Assembly: GCA_004298725.1 (NCBI GenBank)
Contig: SCQA01000094.1
Span: 1-34,438 of the forward strand
Length of the DNA: 34,438 nucleotides
Source of the DNA: a bacterium
GTDB lineage: Bacteria > Desulfobacterota > GWC2-55-46
Direction of reading: 5' to 3'
The position numbers and the translations under genes are program-made. Shown here one piece after another: positions 8,701-15,832 of the stretch. The notes beneath the pieces are model-generated. The model made no database searches. It had not been told where the DNA came from and saw only the letters and a program-made list of their open reading frames with translations. How positions within the stretch are numbered: position 1 is the stretch's first letter; each line of letters begins with the position of its first letter.

Positions 8701-9726
8701 ATGGCGAAGACAGTTGAAAAACTTTTAAAAAAAGAAAACCTTGATAAACTCATAACCTCTGTCAAAGCTGACGGAGGCCGCTGGATTGCGCCTGTTACGG
8801 ACGCGCGCCAAGTCGTCTTCAAGGCCGTGACAAAGCATGAAGATATGGCCTCTGACTACATACTCGCAAGAAACTCTTATAAAGAGGTTCTCTTTCCGCA
8901 AACGGAAGTCATTGCCGAATACTCGGTTTCAAGAGAAGGCTCCGAGATGCACGGCGTTGAATTAACCCCGGCTGAGACTGTCGTTTTCGGGGCACGCCCC
9001 TGCGAGGCCGCAAGCCTTAAATCGCTCCGTTCGGTATTTACATGGGACTTTATTGACGAATTCTACACAAAGCGCGAGGAAAAATTAATCATCATAACCG
9101 TTGCCTGCACAAAGGCGGATGAGGCGTGCTTTTGCACCACCGTAAACATCTCGCCGGAATCAACCGAAGGCTCGGATATTTACCTTAAAGAAACCGTCAG
9201 CGGCGATTACCTTGCTCACGGCGCAACTGAAAAAGGCAAAGCATTTATGGCAAAACACGGCAATACCTTTGAAAACGCGCCAAAAGACGCGCAAACAAAA
9301 AAACTCGTCATGCCGGAAGAAATAAATGGCATTGACCTTGATAAAATTTCAGAGCGCCTTAAAAAGACCGGCCATTACGAAGACCATGTCTGGGCGGAGC
9401 TTACGAGAAAGTGCATCGGTTGCGGGGCATGCACATACGTCTGCCCGACGTGCCACTGCTTCGACATAACCGACGAAGGCACGGCCATTGAAGGCGAGCG
9501 CAGAAAGAACTGGGACTCCTGCCAGTTCGACGCCTTTACCCTGCACGCAAGCGGCCACAACCCGCGCGACACGCAGTTTAAAAGGTGGCGTAACAGGTTC
9601 ATGTGCAAAATGCACATTTACCCTGAAAAGTTTAACTCAACAGGTTGCGTCGGTTGCGGCAGATGTGTACGCGTCTGTCCGGTAAGGCTTGACATAACCG
9701 AAGTGATGGAGGCGCTGTCGAAATAA
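8701..9726 (+). CDS. flxB: Iron-sulfur protein, FlxB-like (AsrA / sulfhydrogenase-beta-like)
   Basis: 341 aa from ATG 8701; the TTG at 8659 lies inside a 12-bp hairpin. Motifs CIGCGACTYVCPTCHCFD and CVGCGRCVRVCP, plus ARPCEA and ACFC. Confidence 0.65.
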   Translation: MAKTVEKLLKKENLDKLITSVKADGGRWIAPVTDARQVVFKAVTKHEDMASDYILARNSYKEVLFPQTEVIAEYSVSREGSEMHGVELTPAETVVFGARPCEAASLKSLRSVFTWDFIDEFYTKREEKLIIITVACTKADEACFCTTVNISPESTEGSDIYLKETVSGDYLAHGATEKGKAFMAKHGNTFENAPKDAQTKKLVMPEEINGIDLDKISERLKKTGHYEDHVWAELTRKCIGCGACTYVCPTCHCFDITDEGTAIEGERRKNWDSCQFDAFTLHASGHNPRDTQFKRWRNRFMCKMHIYPEKFNSTGCVGCGRCVRVCPVRLDITEVMEALSK

Positions 9727-9731
9727 CCGTT

Positions 9732-10565
9732 ATGAATAATATTTATCTGCCTCAGCTTGTTACAATAGAAGATATCTACGACGAAGCACCGGACGTTAAA
9801 AGCTACCGCCTTGTGTTTAAGGACAAAGCCGTGCGCGAGGCTTTCGACTTCAAGGCAGGCCAATTCGGCCTGTACTCGGCCTTCGGCCTCGGAGAGTCGA
9901 CTTTTTGCATAGCGTCGTCGCCGACGCGCAAGGGCTATATTCAATGCACGTTCAGAAGAACAGGCCGCGTAACAGGCGGGCTTGACGAGCTTTCCATAGG
10001 CGGCACAATGGGTTTTCGCGGCCCTTACGGCAACTGGTTCCCATTGGACGAATGGAAGGGCAAGAACATTGTCTTTATCGCCGGAGGCATCGGCCTGCCG
10101 CCGGTACGCTCGGTCATATGGAACTGCCTTGACAGAAGGGAAGACTTCGGGAACATTACAATCGTTTACGGCGCAAAAACAGTTGCCGACCTCGTCTATA
10201 AAAACGAGCTTGAACACTGGGGCGGCAGGCCTGACGTAAAACTCATACAAACCGTTGACCCGGGCGGAGAGACGCCTGAGTGGAAGGGCAAAACAGGCTT
10301 CGTGCCGACGGTGCTTGAAGAGGCCGCGCCAAAAGCTGAAAATTCAATTGCCGTAACCTGCGGCCCTCCTATAATGATAAAATTCGTGCTTGCCACGCTC
10401 AAAAAACTCGGCTGGAACGACGAACAGGTCTACACAACGCTTGAAAACAAGATGAAGTGCGGCGTGGGCAAATGCGGCAGGTGCAACGTGGGCGACGTGT
10501 ATATATGCAAAGAAGGCCCGGTCTACACCGCCGCCGGAGTAAAAAAGATGTATAACGACTTTTAG
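9732..10565 (+). CDS. flxA: FAD/NAD(P)H-binding oxidoreductase with C-terminal [2Fe-2S], FlxA-like (PyrK/AsrB/HydG family)
   Basis: 277 aa. FNR-like fold (KAGQFGL, IAGGIGLPPVRS, TCGPPIM) and a C-terminal cluster CGVGKCGRCNVG...C. Confidence 0.72.
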   Translation: MNNIYLPQLVTIEDIYDEAPDVKSYRLVFKDKAVREAFDFKAGQFGLYSAFGLGESTFCIASSPTRKGYIQCTFRRTGRVTGGLDELSIGGTMGFRGPYGNWFPLDEWKGKNIVFIAGGIGLPPVRSVIWNCLDRREDFGNITIVYGAKTVADLVYKNELEHWGGRPDVKLIQTVDPGGETPEWKGKTGFVPTVLEEAAPKAENSIAVTCGPPIMIKFVLATLKKLGWNDEQVYTTLENKMKCGVGKCGRCNVGDVYICKEGPVYTAAGVKKMYNDF

Positions 10566-10575
10566 GAGCTTAACC

Positions 10576-11364
10576 ATGGCAGACGACAATAAAAAACAGA
10601 AACCGCTTGCGACCGGCGACAGGACAATTCCTCCCGCCGGAGCGAAGATGATTGCCATATACATAATGGGGCGGGAATACATGGTGCCGGAAACCCTCAC
10701 CATAATGAAAGCGATTGAATACGCGGGCTATCAGTACGTGCGCGGGTGCGGGTGCAGGGGCGGCATATGCGGCGCGTGCGGCACCTTCTACCGCTTTACC
10801 GGCGACTACAAATTGCGCTCCGGACTTGCCTGCCAGACGGTAGCCGAACCGGGCATGATAATAATGCAGTTGCCGTTCTTCCCCGCCAACAGGCCGGATT
10901 ACAAACTGGAAAACATGCAGGGAACCCCGCATGAAGAACTTAGAAAGCTCTACCCGGAGGTCTTCAAGTGCGTGGGTTGCGGCACATGCTCAAGAACCTG
11001 CCCCATGGACATAGACGTAATGGATTACATCGCCCTTATGAAACGCGGCGATTTAAAAGGCGCGGCAATAAAGAGCTTTGACTGCGTCATGTGCGGGCTT
11101 TGCGCCTCGCGCTGTCCGGCGCAGATTTCGCAGTTCACGGCGGCCATGTTCGTAAGAAGGGTTTACGGAAAGCATATTCTGCCTAAAGCAGAGCACTTGA
11201 AAAAACGCGTTGAAGAAATAAAAAGCGGCAAGTACGAAAAACTGCTTAAAGAGCTTGAGGGGATGAAGCAGGAAGACGTCAAGAAGCTATACGTGGAACG
11301 CGAGAGAGAACCTGACCTTGCCGAGCCGGGCAAATGGATGCCGAAGGACACGTCTAAGCTGTAA
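10576..11364 (+). CDS. Divergent succinate dehydrogenase/fumarate reductase iron-sulfur subunit-like protein
   Basis: 262 aa. SdhB-type [2Fe-2S] motif CRGGICGAC...LAC, then two complete CxxCxxCxxxCP motifs (CVGCGTCSRTCP, CVMCGLCASRCP), followed by a charged Lys/Glu-rich tail. AGGAG SD. The ATG is 10 nt after the flxA stop. Confidence 0.7.
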   Translation: MADDNKKQKPLATGDRTIPPAGAKMIAIYIMGREYMVPETLTIMKAIEYAGYQYVRGCGCRGGICGACGTFYRFTGDYKLRSGLACQTVAEPGMIIMQLPFFPANRPDYKLENMQGTPHEELRKLYPEVFKCVGCGTCSRTCPMDIDVMDYIALMKRGDLKGAAIKSFDCVMCGLCASRCPAQISQFTAAMFVRRVYGKHILPKAEHLKKRVEEIKSGKYEKLLKELEGMKQEDVKKLYVEREREPDLAEPGKWMPKDTSKL

Positions 11365-11387
11365 GAGCCAAGCCACAGGAGAATACG

Positions 11388-13037
11388 ATGAGCGGATATA
11401 CGCCGGAACTTAAAGAACTTATAAAAAAGGTGGAAGCCACGAGGCCCGCGAGGGTCGAGAAGGCAAGGCGCGGCGAGCACTTTCCAGCCCTCACCATGGA
11501 CGAGAGGAAGAAGTGGCTTGACAACTACCACCCCGACTTCAAGGAAGAAGGCAGGCGCGCCGTTGCCGTAGGGCCGAATATCGGCACAATAATGCCGGAA
11601 GAAGTAGCCTTCGCGCTTGAATCAACAAGCAGGCTCGACACAAAAAAAATAAACCTTTCAAAAGCCGACTATGAAACGGATTTGCTCGTTATAGGCGCCG
11701 GCGGCGCAGGCACCGCCGCGGCGCTCGCGGCGGCGGATAAAGGCCTTAAAGTAATAATTTCCAATAAGCTCCGCCACGGCGACTCGAATACCGTTATGGC
11801 CGAAGGCGGCATACAGGCCGCCGATCAGGAGAGCGACTCGCCTTACTACCATTATCTTGACGTAATCGGCGGAGGGCATTTTTCCAACAGGCCGGAGCTT
11901 GTAGCCGCGATGGCAAACGACGCGCCGCTTATAATCCACTGGCTTGAAGACCTCGGCATGATGTTCGACAAACACGCCGACGGCAGAATGGTAGTAAGGC
12001 ACGGCGGCGGCACGAGCAGAAAAAGAATGCATTCCGCCGGAGACATGACCGGCGCTGAAATAATGCGCGTTCTAAGGGACGAAGCGAAAAACCGCGCCGA
12101 AAGCATCAAGGTGCTTGAATTCTCCCCTGCCGTTGAGCTTTTACTTGACGAAAAAGGCGCCGCTTGCGGAGCGGTGCTTTATAACCTTGAAACCAAAGAA
12201 TATTACATAGTGCGCTCAAAGGCCGTTGTCATAGCCACGGGCGGCTTTGGCAGGCTCCACATACAGGGCTTTCCCACGACCAACCACTACGGCGCCACCG
12301 CCGACGGTATCGTTATAGCTTACCGCGCCGGAGCCGCGCTTGAAGACATCGAATCAACGCAATACCACCCGACCGGCGCGATATACCCGGAACAGAACGT
12401 CGGGCTTCTCATAACCGAAAAAGTCAGAGGCCTCGGCGCCCAGCTTTTAAATATTGACGGCGAGCAGTTCTGCTTTCCGCTTGAACCGAGGGACGTCGAA
12501 TCCGCCTGCATCATCAGGGAATGCACGGACATCAGCAAAGGCGTCATCACGCCGACCGGGCGCTTTGGCGTATGGCTTGACTCGCCCATGATAGACCTTC
12601 TGCACGGCGAAGGCACAATAAAAAAAGAACTGCCGGCCAAATACATTCAGTTCAAACGCTACCACATTGACATAAGCAAAGAACCTATGCTCCTCTACCC
12701 GACGTTGCACTACCAGAACGGCGGCATAAAAATAGACGCAAACGGCAGATCGGCCATTGACGGCCTTTACGCCGCAGGGGAAGTAACCGGAGGGGTTCAC
12801 GGCAGAAACCGCCTCATGGGCAACTCGCTTCTTGACATACTTGTTTTCGGAAGAAGGGCGGGCTTGAACGCCGCCGAGGCCGCCAAAACAAAGTCAAACA
12901 CCGGCAAACTAAGCCTTGCTCACGTGGATAAATTTTCCGCCGAGCTGAAAAAAGCAGGAGTTAAAAACCCGTCAGTCGGGCCGATACTTCTGCCTGACTA
13001 CGCCCCTGAACACGTAAAGACAAGACAGTGGGGTTAA
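11388..13037 (+). CDS. Divergent fumarate reductase/succinate dehydrogenase-family flavoprotein (non-covalent-FAD type)
   Basis: 549 aa. LLVIGAGGAGTAAA FAD fold at about residue 100. Family motifs are retained: QYHPTG, TEKVRGLGA, PTLHYQNGG and HGRNRLMGNSL. The flavinylation position reads DSNTVMAEGG (Asn where SdhA/FrdA have His). Confidence 0.75.
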   Translation: MSGYTPELKELIKKVEATRPARVEKARRGEHFPALTMDERKKWLDNYHPDFKEEGRRAVAVGPNIGTIMPEEVAFALESTSRLDTKKINLSKADYETDLLVIGAGGAGTAAALAAADKGLKVIISNKLRHGDSNTVMAEGGIQAADQESDSPYYHYLDVIGGGHFSNRPELVAAMANDAPLIIHWLEDLGMMFDKHADGRMVVRHGGGTSRKRMHSAGDMTGAEIMRVLRDEAKNRAESIKVLEFSPAVELLLDEKGAACGAVLYNLETKEYYIVRSKAVVIATGGFGRLHIQGFPTTNHYGATADGIVIAYRAGAALEDIESTQYHPTGAIYPEQNVGLLITEKVRGLGAQLLNIDGEQFCFPLEPRDVESACIIRECTDISKGVITPTGRFGVWLDSPMIDLLHGEGTIKKELPAKYIQFKRYHIDISKEPMLLYPTLHYQNGGIKIDANGRSAIDGLYAAGEVTGGVHGRNRLMGNSLLDILVFGRRAGLNAAEAAKTKSNTGKLSLAHVDKFSAELKKAGVKNPSVGPILLPDYAPEHVKTRQWG

Positions 13038-13074
13038 TAAGCGGTATTAGCGGCAAGCCAACGAAAAAAAGCTA

Positions 13075-13103
13075 TTGACAACTTCTTCAGTTTAAAGGAT
13101 AAA
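13075..13103 (+). promoter_or_regulatory. Sigma-70-type promoter candidate upstream of sucC
   Basis: TTGACA (13075-13080), 17 nt, GATAAA (13098-13103), in the 101-nt spacer after the frdA-like stop. Confidence 0.4.
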
Positions 13104-13138
13104 AGATTGCCGAAAAAAATCCATCGGGGGTTCTGGGG

Positions 13139-14314
13139 ATGAACATACACGAGTATCAGGCAAAGAGCATTCTTGCCAAATTCGGCGTACCGGTGCCGAA
13201 GAGCAAAATAGCGTTTACGCCGGACGAAGCCGAAGAAAACTCAAAGGAGTTTTTAAGCGGCGAAGGAAGCGTCTGCGTTGTAAAGGCGCAGATACACGCC
13301 GGTGGCAGAGGCAAGGCAGGCGGCGTAAAACTCGCCAAATCAAGGCAGCAGGTGCGCGAGATTGCCTCGGAACTTCTCGGTAAAATCCTCGTAACTCACC
13401 AGACAGGCCCCGTCGGAAAAGAAGTCAAGAAAATACTCATCGAAGAAGGCTGTGCCATAGAAAAAGAGTTCTACATGAGCCTCGTGGTGGACAGGTCAAG
13501 CCACAAGGTGGCGCTGATGGCGTCGCGCGAAGGCGGCGTGGAAATAGAAGAAGTAGCGGCGCGCTCTCCTGAAAAAATATTAAAAGAATTCATAGACCCT
13601 GCTACCGGACTTATTCCCTTTCAAGGGCGCAAAATCGCCTTTGCCCTCGGCCTTGACAAATCGGTAATAAACAAAGCCGTATCATTCATGACTAAACTTT
13701 ACGACGCGTTTGTCGCCTCGGACTGCGCCATGCTTGAAATAAACCCTCTTGTGCTTACTAAGTCCGGCGACCTAATCGCGCTTGACGCCAAGCTCTCGTT
13801 TGACGACAACGCCCTTTTCCGCCACAAGGACATTGAAGGCATGAGAGACCTTGACGAGGAAGACCCGAAAGAAATTGAAGCTTCGCGCTACAGCCTGAAT
13901 TATGTTTCGCTTGACGGCTCCATCGGGTGCATGGTCAACGGCGCCGGCCTTGCCATGGCGACAATGGACATAATACAGCTCTGCGGCGGAAGCCCGGCTA
14001 ACTTTCTTGACGTAGGCGGCGGCGCAACCAAAGAGCAGGTAACGGCGGCGTTCAAGATACTCGTCTCAGACCCAAGGGTTAAAACAATTCTTGTCAATAT
14101 CTTCGGCGGAATAATGCGTTGCGACATCATAGCCGAGGGCATCATAGCCGCGGCAAAAGAAGTCGGCCTGAAGGTGCCGCTGGTGGTTAGGCTTCAGGGC
14201 ACTAACGTTGACAAGGGCAGAGAGCTTCTTGCCACAAGCGGGCTTAACATCATAACCGCCGAAAAGATGGACGAAGCCGCCCAAAAAGCCGTCAACGCGG
14301 CTAAAAAGGCATAG
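13139..14314 (+). CDS. sucC: Succinyl-CoA synthetase (ADP-forming) beta subunit
   Basis: 391 aa. [20 protein letters not shown], an ATP-grasp region, and [15 protein letters not shown]. Confidence 0.95.
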   Translation: MNIHEYQAKSILAKFGVPVPKSKIAFTPDEAEENSKEFLSGEGSVCVVKAQIHAGGRGKAGGVKLAKSRQQVREIASELLGKILVTHQTGPVGKEVKKILIEEGCAIEKEFYMSLVVDRSSHKVALMASREGGVEIEEVAARSPEKILKEFIDPATGLIPFQGRKIAFALGLDKSVINKAVSFMTKLYDAFVASDCAMLEINPLVLTKSGDLIALDAKLSFDDNALFRHKDIEGMRDLDEEDPKEIEASRYSLNYVSLDGSIGCMVNGAGLAMATMDIIQLCGGSPANFLDVGGGATKEQVTAAFKILVSDPRVKTILVNIFGGIMRCDIIAEGIIAAAKEVGLKVPLVVRLQGTNVDKGRELLATSGLNIITAEKMDEAAQKAVNAAKKA

Positions 14315-14327
14315 GGGGCTACATACC

Positions 14328-15203
14328 ATGAGCATACTCGTAAATAAAAACACCAGAGTTATCTGTCAGGGCATAACCGGCGAGCAGGGCACGTTCCACT
14401 CAAAACAAATGGTAGCCTACGGCACGAAGATGGTCGGCGGAGTAACGCCGGGCAAGGGCGGCTCGGATGTTGACGGCATACCGGTATTTAACACCGTTGA
14501 CGAGGCAATAAGAAAAACCGGAGCGAACGCTTCCGTAATATACGTGCCGCCGCCGTTCGCGGCTGACGCCATAATGGAAGCGGTTGACGCCGGCATTGCC
14601 CTTGTAATCTGCATAACAGAGGGAATACCGGTTATAGACATGGTCAAGGTAAGAAGGTTCATGGACGGCAAACCGTCAAGGCTTGTCGGCCCGAACTGCC
14701 CGGGCGTCATCACGCCGGATGAATGTAAAATAGGCATAATGCCCGGCCATATACACAAGAAAGGCAACGTGGGCGTGGTATCCAGAAGCGGCACCCTCAC
14801 CTACGAGGCGGTTGACCAGCTTACAAGGCTCGGCCTTGGGCAATCAACCTGCGTCGGCATAGGCGGAGACCCGGTAAACGGCACAAACTTCATTGACGTG
14901 CTTGAACTCTTTCAAAAAGACCCGGATACAAACGCCATTGTAATGATAGGAGAAATAGGCGGAAGCGCCGAGGAAGACGCCGCAGAGTTCATAAAGAAGA
15001 ACGTAACAAAACCGGTTGTCGGACATATAGCCGGCGTTGCCGCGCCAAAGGGCAAAAGAATGGGCCACGCCGGCGCGATAATATCCGGCGGCAAAGGCAC
15101 GGCTGAAGAAAAGATGGAGGCTATGTCCGCCGCTGGCATTAAGGTAACGAAAAGCACCGCTGACATCGGCAAAACAATGCTCCAAGCGCTTGCCAAAAAA
15201 TAA
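14328..15203 (+). CDS. sucD: Succinyl-CoA synthetase alpha subunit
   Basis: 291 aa. [23 protein letters not shown], and the phospho-His region [15 protein letters not shown]. Confidence 0.95.
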   Translation: MSILVNKNTRVICQGITGEQGTFHSKQMVAYGTKMVGGVTPGKGGSDVDGIPVFNTVDEAIRKTGANASVIYVPPPFAADAIMEAVDAGIALVICITEGIPVIDMVKVRRFMDGKPSRLVGPNCPGVITPDECKIGIMPGHIHKKGNVGVVSRSGTLTYEAVDQLTRLGLGQSTCVGIGGDPVNGTNFIDVLELFQKDPDTNAIVMIGEIGGSAEEDAAEFIKKNVTKPVVGHIAGVAAPKGKRMGHAGAIISGGKGTAEEKMEAMSAAGIKVTKSTADIGKTMLQALAKK

Positions 15204-15212
15204 TATATTTTG

Positions 15213-15243
15213 TTGACGCACGTTGTTTTTGTATGGTAAAAAT
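15213..15243 (+). promoter_or_regulatory. Sigma-70-type promoter candidate for the kor operon
   Basis: TTGACG (15213-15218), 18-nt spacer, TGG-TAAAAA (extended -10, 15234-15242). Located 10 nt after the sucD stop. Confidence 0.45.
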
Positions 15244-15249
15244 GCAGTT

Positions 15250-15494
15250 TCTATCAAGTTGCGCGGGTTACTCTCTGGTCAGTTCGCCAAAGGCGAACAA
15301 TACAAAAGGCGAAGTCCTTACCAGTTGACAAAGTCAACAAAAGTTCACGACCCATCCTGTTCGGATGGGTGCCCCGAAGGCGCCCTGAAGTAAGGCACGA
15401 GACATATTTTTCTCTACGCGAAAGTGACGAGGACAACACAGCAGTTGGGACTTTTTCAACAACCTATAAGCCAATGACGAATACGGAGGGTTAC
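15250..15494 (+). promoter_or_regulatory. Hairpin-rich 5' leader of korD (candidate riboswitch or attenuator; no known family recognised)
   Basis: Hairpins: GTTCGCC-AAA-GGCGAAC (15282-15298), GTTGAC-AAA-GTCAAC (15324-15338), CCCATCC-TGTTC-GGATGGG (15351-15369), the mutually exclusive GGGTGCC-CCGAA-GGCGCCC (15367-15385), and C-GAAA-G (15419-15424). A possible closing helix is CCTTAC (15316-21) / GTAAGG (15390-95). Confidence 0.4.
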
Positions 15495-15698
15495 ATGGGA
15501 GAAGCCGCTTTAAAACTGCCAAACATTCGGATAAACGAAAAACTCTGCAAGGGTTGCAGTATATGCGTTGACTTTTGCCCGACCAACGTCCTTGAAATCA
15601 AAGGCACAGTAGTCGCGGTTAAAGACCTTGCCGCTTGCACGCGGTGCCAGCTTTGCGACCTCCGGTGCCCGGACTTTGCAATATCGGTTATAGATTAA
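15495..15698 (+). CDS. korD: 2-oxoglutarate:ferredoxin oxidoreductase delta subunit (2x[4Fe-4S] ferredoxin)
   Basis: 67 aa from ATG 15495, with GGAGGG 4 nt upstream. CKGCSICVDFCP and CTRCQLCDLRCP. The ORF-track start at 15369 runs through the structured leader and is rejected. Confidence 0.8.
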   Translation: MGEAALKLPNIRINEKLCKGCSICVDFCPTNVLEIKGTVVAVKDLAACTRCQLCDLRCPDFAISVID

Positions 15699-15789
15699 CG
15701 GTTATCAGTTGCCGGTTATCCGTGAACGGATGTAGTTTATACGTTTTACGACTGCACACTAACCGCCGATACCATTTTAAACTACACCA
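15685..15789. repeat. Degenerate tandem heptamer tract starting inside the 3' end of korD
   Basis: CGGTTAT AGATTAA CGGTTAT CAGTTGC CGGTTAT CCGTGAA CGGATGT AGTTTAT ACGTTTT ACGACTG CACACTA ACCGCCG ATACCAT TTTAAAC TACACCA. It fills most of the 134-nt korD-korA spacer. Confidence 0.6.
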
Positions 15790-15832
15790 CAGATTGACTT
15801 AAGAGCGGTCTGTTAGGGGAGGTTTTAAAAAC

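Noticed and set aside
9618-10250. 210-aa ORF on the - strand, together with similar long antisense ORFs at 29025-29807, 7293-7736, 17195-17686, 16528-16974, 14844-15257, 21064-21519 and 10344-10932.
   Set aside because: Each lies wholly antisense to a CDS with clear family motifs (flxA-like, hemL, PNPOx-like, korB, korA, sucD, sdhB, frdB-like). Their products are Arg/Ala/Phe-rich low-complexity strings with no SD and no recognisable motif. They are typical shadow ORFs.
15369-15494. Extended korD N-terminus (109-aa ORF-track version) and a 7-codon micro-ORF MGAPKAP at 15365-15388.
   Set aside because: The extension has no ferredoxin-like sequence, no SD, and overlaps the hairpin-rich leader. 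ATG 15495 has a GGAGGG SD and gives the usual delta subunit of about 67 aa. The micro-ORF has no SD, so a leader-peptide claim is unsupported.
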